Assembly (NCBI GenBank): GCA_964016885.1
Contig: OZ024742.1
Coordinates: 223,758,001-223,822,000 of the forward strand
Direction: 5' to 3'
DNA length: 64,000 nt
From: Eledone cirrhosa
Lineage: Eukaryota
The notes beneath the pieces are model-generated. The model was not told the origin of the DNA, did not search any database, and saw only the letters and a list, made by a program, of their open reading frames with translations. Shown piece by piece: positions 54,170 through 64,000 of the stretch. The position numbers and the translations under genes are program-made. Position 1 is the stretch's first letter. Every line of letters starts with the position of its first letter.

Positions 54170-55010
54170 AATATTGTTTTATAAATATAGTTTCCATTTG
54201 TTATATATATATATATATAATCATCATTATTTCATTTTACGTCCGATTTTCTCTGTTTGCAAGGTCTGAGAATATATATATATATGGAGGCACATGGCTT
54301 AGTGGTTAGAGCATTGCAATCGAAAGGTTGTGAGTTCAATTCTCAGACCGGGTGATGTGTTGTTCCCTTGAGGAAGGCACTTTATTTCACATTGCTCCAG
54401 TTTACTCAGCTGTAGAAATGATATAGGGACTGGGGTCCATATCATTCCACTACAAAGTGGTCGTGGAGGTGCCACGGCAAAAAAGCACCCAGCACTCACT
54501 GTAAATGAGGTTGGTGTTAGGAAGGGCATCCAGCTGTAGAAATCAAGCCAGAATCAGTTCCTGTCCCACCCTTCCAAGCAGGGAAAAAGCGGACGTAAAA
54601 TGAAATGAAAATGAATGAATGATATGTATATATGAATATAAATATACATATGTATATATATATATACATATGTATATGTGTCTATGTATATATACATATA
54701 TATATATACATATATATATATACATATGTATATGTGTATATGTATATATACATATATGTATATATACATATATGTATAATCATCATCATCATCACCGTTT
54801 TACGTCCGTTCTTCCACGCTAGCATGGGTTAGACGGGTTGTCCTGTTGTGGGCAGTGTCTGGTCGGCTGACCATGCCTTGCTCATTATATATACATATAT
54901 GTATATATACATATATATACATACAAATGTGTATATATATAGATATGTATATGTATATATACATATATATATATACATATCTATGTATATATATATATAT
55001 ACATGTGTGA

Positions 55011-55055
<45 letters not shown>

Positions 55056-55378
55056 AATATATATAATCATATATATACATACATATAAACATGAAAGCCG
55101 AAGCTGAAGCATATAGACAATATGCCCCCACACCCTCCCACTGCAAAGTGGTCGTGGAGGTGCCATGGCAAAAGAAGTACCCAGCCCACACTGTAAATGA
55201 GGTTGGTGTTAGGAAGGGCATCCAGCTGTAGAAATCAAGCCAGAATCAGTTCCCGCATGCACAAGACAAGGTCAGCCGACCGGACACTGCCCACAACAGG
55301 ACAACCCATCTAACCCATGCTAGCATGGAAGAACGGACGTAAAACGGTGATGATGACACGCACACACACATATATATA

Positions 55379-55889
55379 CGAGTGGGCTTCAAAAAGATTG
55401 TTGAAAAAGTGCCTAGCTAAAAATCATATGCAGGGATTTTGATCTGAATGCACCTTGTACGCTCTCATACGAACATGTCATAGCATGTTCTAATATGAAC
55501 CCTTAATGCATGTTCCAATGCAGTGCTTCAGTCGGAAGTCAGCTTCAGCAACCTGACCTCCATGAAGCTAGGGCGGAAGAGCAGCCAAATTATTGACGCT
55601 CTAGAGCAAGTTTATGCGAACAATGGCCCAAAGAAATCAACAACCTACAAATGGATGTCATTTTAGAAGTGGAGGAGATTGAAGATGATCTGCAGTTGAA
55701 GATGTAAAAAAAGCTGCTTTGACATGGTTTAAATCACATGGCCTTCAGTTTTCAAACAGATGGACTTAAAGGCTGGGATCAACGCTTGCAGAAGTGTATT
55801 GACTTAGATGGAGCATATGTTGAAAAATAAACAACTTAAACCGTTTTTTCCAACTGTCCTTTTTCCACAAACGTTTTGAAGCCGCCTCA
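55379..55889 (+). mobile_element. Internally deleted mariner element
   Basis: TIR-like ends TA|CGAGTGGGCTTCAAAA / TTTTGAAGCCGCCTCA|TA; C-terminal mariner motif KCIDLDGAYVEK*. Confidence 0.8.
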
Positions 55890-55893
55890 TATT

Positions 55894-55943
<50 letters not shown>

Positions 55944-56160
55944 TACATATCAGCATTTAACCAGTTCATTATTCAGCAGAATACTTGATATACTTGGGAT
56001 AGAAAACTGACAATATTAGAAAGAGTCATGGCCTGACAGCTGAGCTTTTGCTGTTTCAATATGAATAAAATTAACCAGTCTTAAATTACATTAAATTATT
56101 TCATTGATTTACAACCATTTTGATTAATACCACAGGAATGTATGTATGTGTGTGTGTATA

Positions 56161-57414
56161 CAGAGTGCGGACGGTATTTGAGGACACATGCATTTTTAGT
56201 CATTATTTTATTTGACTAATTTTTATTGAACTTCTATTTTAGAAAAAAACAATGAAAATAACTATGCTTACTAATGAAATGAAAAGCATGTTGTGATCGT
56301 GGCTTTGAAGGGTAAACATGGTGATTTAGAAATTTCTCGTTTTCTGAAAGTTGCAAGATCTTTTGTCCACAAGATTCAGTGTGAGTTAGAGAAAGAAGAT
56401 GGAAGTGTATTACCTGTATCAAAACGTAAAAAACATTTGAAATGCTCTGACTCTATCAGGACACCTGAATTTATTCAGGAAGTTAAGCAAAACATTGATG
56501 ACAATCCAGGAAAATCAATGAGGGCAATTGCAAAAAAATTTTGGTGTGTTAGAAAAAACAATCAGAAATGTTGTACGTGAAGACATCAGATATAAATCTT
56601 ACGTGATGAGGAGAGGTCAATTCATGTCAGAAAAAACAAAAGAAAACCATTTAATCAGATCCAAAAGACTTTTGAACAAACTTAAAAATCCATCAGAAGA
56701 TGATGTCATTTGGTTTTTCTCAGATGAGAAAAACTTTGATCAGGACTAGTAAACTAACAGAAGAAATGACAGGTGGATATGTGCAGACCCTTCTGAGGTT
56801 CCAAGAATAGTGCACACAAAATTTCCTGCAAGTGGTTTTGGGTGTTCTTAGCAATGAAGGACATGATCCTCCTCACTTTTTTCCACAAGGCCTTAGGGTG
56901 AATGCTGCTGCATATATTGACGTTCTGGATAAAGTTGTTAAGCATTGGATCAACAGTGTATGCAATGGAAGGCCTTATGTCTTTCAACAAGATTTTGCAC
57001 CATCGCACAAGGCTCAAATGAGACAAGAATGGATGGCAGTAAAATTGCATGATAACATCACCCTCAACATTTGGCCTCCTAATTCTCCAGATCTCAATCC
57101 ACTGAACTACTATGTATGGAGCATCATAGAGAAAAATGTCAATGAACACCCCCATAGCACCAAAGATTCTTTGAAAGCCACAATAGTTTGAGTCTGTCCG
57201 GTATGAACAAGGAGGACTTAATCCGAGCTTGTAAACGAATTCAACCACAAGTAGAGGTAGTTATTGATGCTTATGGTGATTTTATTGAATGAAATTATTA
57301 AATTGATAATTTAGCTTTATGTTTATGTTATTTTTCTAAGAATACAGTTTTTTTCTGTTATTATATGTGTTTTTTTTAAACCATAAATCTGTCCTCAGAT
57401 GCCGTCACACCCTG
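56161..57414 (+). mobile_element. Tc1/mariner superfamily, maT (DD37D) DNA transposon, near full length, frameshifted
   Basis: Imperfect ~27-bp TIRs with TA flanks; WFFSDEKNF, FQQD...WPPNSPDLNPLNY with 37 residues between the second D and the third catalytic position (N here, D in the 1012 copy). Confidence 0.92.
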
Positions 57415-57453
<39 letters not shown>

Positions 57454-57727
57454 AAAGCACCTTGACCGACCAGTCTGTCGGGCGCCAATCGGCGCCGCTG
57501 GTCACAGCACGTCGTGCTGTTTTAGCCATAAGATAACGCCATCCCACTGGCTGGGCAGGCAGGCTGGTACTCATTTCTACAGCTGAGTAAACTGGAGCAA
57601 CGTGAAATAAAGTGTATTGCTCAAGGAAACAACACATCACCCGGTCCGAGAATTGAACTCTCAACCTTTCAATTGCAAGCCCAATGCTCTAACCACTAAG
57701 CCATGCGCCGCCATATATATATATACA

Positions 57728-59515
57728 CTAGAAGGTGTCATACCAAAAGATTGGTGCAGTAGCATCATTGTCAACTGCTACAAAGGTAAAGGTGATGCAC
57801 TAGATAGAGGAAACTATAGAGGTATAAAGCTGATGGACCAGGTCATGAAAGTAACAAAAAGAGTTATAGTACAGTTGATTAGGGACCGGGTGAAACTAGA
57901 TGAGATGCAATTTGGGTTTGTACCAGGAAGAGGCACCATTGATGCCCTCTTCCTTGTGAGTTATAGGAAAAGTACCTGGCTAAAAGTAAGCCACTCTACC
58001 TGGCATTCGTCGATCTCAAGAAAGCCTTTGACAGAGTTCCACGTGCTATAATCTGGTGGGCTCTTAGAAAACTAGGACTAGATGAATGGCTTGTGAAAGC
58101 TGTACAAGCCATGTATAGGGGAGCAGTCAGCAAAGTTAGGATTAGCAATGAGTATAGCGAGGAATTTAGCGTACAGGTTGGTGTCCACCAGGGCTCTGTT
58201 CTTAGCCCTCTCCTGTTCATCATAGTCCTGCAGGCAATAACGGAGGAGTTTAAGACCGGATGCCCATGGGAACTCCTGTATGCTGATGACCTCGCACTTA
58301 TAGCTGAATCTATGGTAGAAACTAGAGAAGAAATTCCAAACTTGGAAGCAGGGACTAGAAAGAAAGGGTCTCAAAGTCAACATGACAAAGACTAAGGTCC
58401 TTGTAAGTAGACGAGAAAATAGAACCCAGATCCCCTCAGGGAAATGGCCTTGCTCAGTATGTAGGAACTCCATTCTCTGCCCAAAATGCAAACAATGGGT
58501 ACACAAGATATGTAGCGGGATCTCAGGAAGCTTAATTAAGAATGTAGGCTTCACATGCAGCAGCTGTACTGGGACAGCAAGCAGCAAACAGCCACAGGAA
58601 ACAAGTACCACCAATCTCTGGGAGGGCTCTGTAGAGACAGTAGACAGCTTCTGCTACCTAGGTGACTGAATTAGCAGCGGAAGTGGGTGTTCAGAAAGTA
58701 CAATAACTAGGGTAAGAACGGGATGGAAGAAGTTCAGGGAACTACTACCACTGCTAGCTGCAAAAAGCTTCTCCCTCAAAATGAAAGGCAGACTGTATGA
58801 TGCGTGTATCCGAACAGCAATGTTACATGGTAGTGAGACCTGGGCGCTGAAGGTGGAAGATTTACGTAGATTAGAGAGAAACGAAGCCTGCATGCTCTGA
58901 TGGATGTGTAATAGTAATATACGCGACCGACAAAGCATAAATGAATTGAGAGAGAGACTGAGCATAAGAGGAATCAAATGCTGTGTGCAGGAGAGGCGGT
59001 TGTGTTGGTATGAACATGTGATGCGTATGAAGGATGACAGCTGCATAAAAAGGTGGAATGGAAACCGCGGAGTGGGGAGACCCAAGAAGACATGGGATGA
59101 GGTGATAAAAGCCAACCTTACCCAATTACACCTCTCAAAGGCGATGACACACGACCGTGACCTCTGGCGTCACGCAGTAATACAGAGTACCCAACCTCCC
59201 ATGGGTACAAGCTGAAGCATATAGACAATACGCCCCCACACCCTCCCACTGCAAAGTGGTCGTGGAGGTGCCACGGCAAAAAAGCACCCAGCCCACACTG
59301 TAAAGTGGACGTGTAGGCGCCACGGAAAAAAAGCACCCAGCACTCACTGTAAATGAGGTTGGTGTTAGGAAGGGCATCCAGCTGTAGAAATCAAGCCAAA
59401 ATCAGTTTCTGTATGAGCAAGGCATGGTCAGCTGACCAGACACTGCCCACAACAGGACAACCCGTCTAACCCATGCTAGCATGGAAGAATGGACGTAAAA
59501 CGGTGATAATGATGA
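57728..59515 (+). mobile_element. Young RTE LINE copy (RT, PHD-like finger, 3' UTR)
   Basis: GNYRGIKLM, QFGFVPGRGT, VGVHQGSVLSPLLF, LYADDL; several frameshifts; near-identical to 52330-53610. Confidence 0.92.
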
Positions 59516-59554
59516 TATATATATTTCATATCAGAAAACTAATATATATATATT

Positions 59555-60090
59555 AGTTTTGCGAGTTTTTTTTATATGAAATCGTGTGTCGAAACAAATA
59601 TTGTTATACTTGGGGAGGGTCATATTTATGTAATAATATTGCCAGAATTAATAACAAAACACACTCACTGTTTGGTTGGTTTTCGCTTCTGTGTCCTTTA
59701 TATCAGTTAATTTAATTTATTCGGTCCTCAATGTTGCCATTGACTGACCAACGGTCAAAAATACATATATATAGTCTAATAAAGTTCTTTCGTTGCACAT
59801 CTGCAACATCGTCAGTGGTGCTATTATGTTTCCTCCCGTTGCATTGTATGCCTACGCCATCTTTGGATGGCGTAGGCATACAAAGAACTTTGTTAGACTA
59901 TATATATGTGTTTGTGTCTATATTGTATCTATTTTTTTTTAGCATTGGTCAGTCAATGGCAACATTGAGGACCGAATAAATTAAATTAACTGATATAAAG
60001 GACACAGAAGCGAAAACCAACCAAACAGTGAGTGTGTTTTGTTATTAATTCTGGCAATATTATTACATAAATATGACCCTCCCCAAGTAT

Positions 60091-60098
<8 letters not shown>
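59555..60098. mobile_element. Penelope-like head-to-head pLTR palindrome
   Basis: Arms 59598-59861 and 59866-60098 are inverted copies around a tttg loop. Both end in ATGACCCTCCCCAAGTATAACAAT, as in the GIY-YIG element at 50.8 kb. Confidence 0.8.
59776..59826 (-). ncRNA. Hammerhead ribozyme core (stem I imperfect)
   Basis: The minus strand reads CTGACGA-t-GTTGCA(gatg)TGCAAC-GAAA-GAAC-TT; same layout as the 50667 motif with compensatory changes in stem II. Confidence 0.65.
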
Positions 60099-60133
<35 letters not shown>

Positions 60134-60395
60134 CATACCTAACTATAACCCATGCTAGCGTGGAAGATAGACATATGATGATCACATATATACATATATA
60201 TCTATATATATATTTATATCTATCTATACATATATACATATCTATCTATAAATATATACATATCTATCTATACATATATATATATGTTGAAATTGTATTT
60301 AATTTGTTGGAAGTCCGACAAACAAATGTTTATAACTGATTTAGAGCACTCAACAAGTTACTGGAGTAAATATTCCATGATATTAAATAAATGGT

Positions 60396-60438
<43 letters not shown>

Positions 60439-61177
60439 GATATACATCATCATCATCATCATCACCGTTTTACGTCCGTTCTTCCACACTAGCATGGGTT
60501 AGACGGGTTGTCCTGTTGCGGGCAGTGTCCGGTCGGCTGACCTTGTCTTGCATATACAGGATCCGATTCTGGCTTGATTTCTACAGCTGGATGCCCTTCC
60601 TAACATCGACCTCATTTACAGTGAGTGCTGGGTGCTTTTTTCCGTGGCGCCTACACTATACATACATATATATACATACAATCATACATATACATATATG
60701 TAAAAGGTAAACAGAAATAACAACACAATCGGTACAGTATATGGAAGGTATATATATCTATACATACATATCTATATATCTATACATACATATATATATA
60801 TCTATACATACATATATATATATCTATACATACATATATATCTATCTATACATACATATATATCTATCTATACATACATATATATCTATCTATACATACA
60901 TATATATCTATCTATACATACATATATATCTATCTATACATACATATATATCTATCTATACATGTATACATATCTATCTATACATGTATACATATCTATC
61001 TATACATGTATACATATCTATCTATACATGTATACATATCTATCTATACATACATATCTATCTATCTATACATACATATCTATCTATACATACATACATA
61101 CCTATCTATACATATATACATACCTATATATACATATCTATCTATACATATATACATATCTATACATAAATACATAT

Positions 61178-61992
61178 CATCATCATCATCACCGTTTTAC
61201 GTCCGTTCTTCCACGCTAGCATGGGTTAGACAGGTTGTCCTGTTGTGAGCAGTGTCTGGTCGGCTAACCATGCCTTGCTCATACAGGAACTGATTTGGCT
61301 TGATTTCTACAGCTGGATGCCCTTCCTAACACCAACCTCATTTACAGTGAGTGCTGGGTGCTTTTTCGTGGCGCCTACACGTCCACTTTACAGTGTGGGC
61401 TGGGTGCTTTTTTGCCGTGGCACCTCCACGACCACTTTACGGTGGGGGGTGTGGGGGTATATTGTCTATATGCTTCAGCTTGTACCCATGGGAGGTCGGG
61501 TACTCTGTATTACTGCGCGACGCCAGAGGTCACGGTCGTGTGTCATTGCCTTTGAGAGGTGTAATTGGGTAAGGTCGGCTTTTATCACCTCATCCCAGGT
61601 CATCTTGGGTCTCCCCACTCCGCGGTTTCCATCAACTTCTAGTGCTCTGCACCTTTTTATGCAGCTGTCATCCTTCATACGCATCACGTGTCCATACCAG
61701 CGCAACCGCCTCTCCTGCACACAGCATTTGATTCCTCTTATGCTCAGTCTCTCTCTCAATTCATTTATGCTTTGTCGTTCACGTATATTACTGTTACACA
61801 TCCATCGGAGCATGCAGGCTTCGTTTCTCTCTAATCTACCTAAGTCTTCCACCTTCAGCGCCCAGGTCTCACTACCATGCAACATTGCTGTTCGGATACA
61901 CGCATCATACAGTCTGCCTTTCATTCTGAGGGAGAAGCCTTTTGCAGCTAGCAGTGGTAGTAGTTCCCTAAACTTCTTCCATCCCGTTCTTC
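61178..61992 (-). mobile_element. Young RTE LINE 3' fragment, inverted relative to the 52-53 kb and 58-59 kb copies
   Basis: RTGWKKFRELL...QSTRPPMGTS, near-identical to the end of ORF 52157-53302, with the same UTR. Confidence 0.92.
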
Positions 61993-63444
61993 TATACATA
62001 AATACATATCTATACATATATACATATCTAGGTATATACACACACACATATATATATATATATATACACACGCATACATACATATATAGATATACACATA
62101 TTTATTAGTGAGGGCTGGATCAACAAAGCGATATGCTGATGTGTTGTTTCCTTGAGCAAGACACTTTACTTCACATTGCTCCAGTTTACTCAGCTGTAGA
62201 AATGAGTTGATAGGACTGGGGTCTCTATCATTCCACTGCAAAGCACCCAGCCCACACTGTAAAGTGGACGTGTAGGCGCCACGGCAAAAAAGCACCCAGC
62301 ACTCACTGTAAAGTGGACGTGTAGGCGCCACGAAAAAGCACCCAGCACTCACTGTAAATGAGGTTGGTGTTAGGAAGGGCATCAAGCTGTAGAAATCAAG
62401 CCAGAATCAGTTCCTGTCCCACCTTTGCAAGCAGGGAAAAGCGGACGTAAAATGATGATATATATATATATATATGCTGAAGCATATAGTCAATATGCCC
62501 CCATCCTTTCCCACTGCAAAGTGGTTGTGGAGGTGCCACGGCAAAAAAGCACCCAGCCCACACTGTAAAGTGGACGTGGAGGCGCCACGGCAAAAAGGCA
62601 CTCAGCACCCACTGTAAATGAGGTTGATGTTAGGAAGGGCATCCAGCTGAAGAAATCAAGACAGAATCAGTTCCCGTTTGAGCAAGACAAGGTCAGCTGA
62701 CCGGACACTGCCCACAACAGGACAACCCGTCTAACCCATGCTAGCATGGAAGAACAGACGTAAAACGGTGATGATGATGTATATATCTATATGTATATAT
62801 ATGTACATATCTATATATACATATATCTATATGTATATATATAGAGAGAGAGATATGTATATACACATATATATATGTACATATCTCTATACATATATAT
62901 CTATCTATACATATCTCTATACATACATACATATATATATGTACATATCTCTATATATACCTATATTTACATACATATCAACAGTAGCCACTGATAGAAC
63001 CTTAAGCCAGCTCTACTAATTAAAAAATTTTCAAATTTTCATTAGCACTAATACAATAATTCAACAGTAAGAATTGCCCAGACAAAGTGTATCCATATAC
63101 CATGCATGTATATAAACACATAATTGCAATGACATAAGATCTGAAAACACACACACATATATATATATATATAATGTGTGTGTGTGTGTGTGTGATAGCA
63201 AATTGGCCAAGATGTTAGAATGTTTTGTGATATTCATTCCAGTTCAAATCCCGCCATGGCCAATGTTGTCTCTCGGTCTTTTGAAATCAATAGAAAAAAG
63301 CATTACTCTTATTCTGGGATTGATTCTTCCTCTATATCTCTTTCTCTGGAAGAAATTGGCTGATCCATTAGCAGTTATGGACCCATAAAGATATATACAC
63401 ATACACACATATATATATATATTGTATGTATGTATGTACATATA

Positions 63445-63496
<52 letters not shown>

Positions 63497-64000
63497 CATA
63501 TTATATATGATTGAGCACTGTTCACAATTCCGAATGGAGTTACTAGGGTGCCATTATGCACTATGTCTGTTGTTTTAAACCTGGCATTGTCACCCCCACC
63601 GCACCAATTTTTTTCCAGAGAAAGAATGGAGCCCAGTACTAGACTGATACCTTATTGACCTCCAAAGAATGAAATGCAAAGTTTGCCTCATCAGGATTTG
63701 AACTCATATTGAGAGTAGGAATGAGTACCTCAAATATTCTACCTGACACCTCATACATATACAAAGCATATGGCCTAGTGGTTAGGACTCAACAATCTTA
63801 AAGCCAAAAGTTCATTTCACAGTGCTTTTCATGATAGGTTTGAGACCCCTATCATTAAAACATCCGAGAAACTTCCTATCAGATACAGCCTTTTCAAAGG
63901 GCAGCAATACTTACATAGATGAGAGCTATCAATTTCATTTTTTTTTAAAACAAACACACACACACATATATATATATATTATATACACACACACACACGA

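Noticed and set aside
46425-63561. Dozens of YIYI/CVCV ORFs
   Set aside because: Translations of (TA)n/(CA)n repeats, which lack stop codons.

Overview
AT-rich, microsatellite-laden eukaryotic DNA. The SINE/RTE repertoire and (TA)n/(CA)n/(TGA)n load suggest a cephalopod such as Octopus, but that is inference. One host gene can be reconstructed: an ANKRD11/ANKRD12-family ankyrin-repeat gene on the minus strand. It has seven phase-compatible GT-AG coding exons (14550 down to 2442) and continues past the left edge of the window; its 5' non-coding exon(s) lie somewhere right of 14631. The rest is mostly transposon debris: two maT (DD37D) Tc1/mariner elements, a deleted mariner, piggyBac-type MITEs, a Helitron-like element, a 5'-truncated Tx1-like L1, many RTE LINE fragments with a PHD-like finger inside the RT, R4/Dong-like remnants, two tRNA-derived SINE families and a truncated tRNA-Glu. 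The most interesting signal is a cluster of about five minimal type I hammerhead ribozyme motifs at 45.1-59.8 kb, one of them tied to a Penelope-like GIY-YIG fragment. Three of them sit in fold-back palindromes embedded in (TA)n, and in each case only one arm carries the ribozyme core. Nearly all long ORFs from 43 to 63 kb are microsatellite artefacts. Repeat boundaries are read by eye and approximate unless TIRs or TSDs are quoted.
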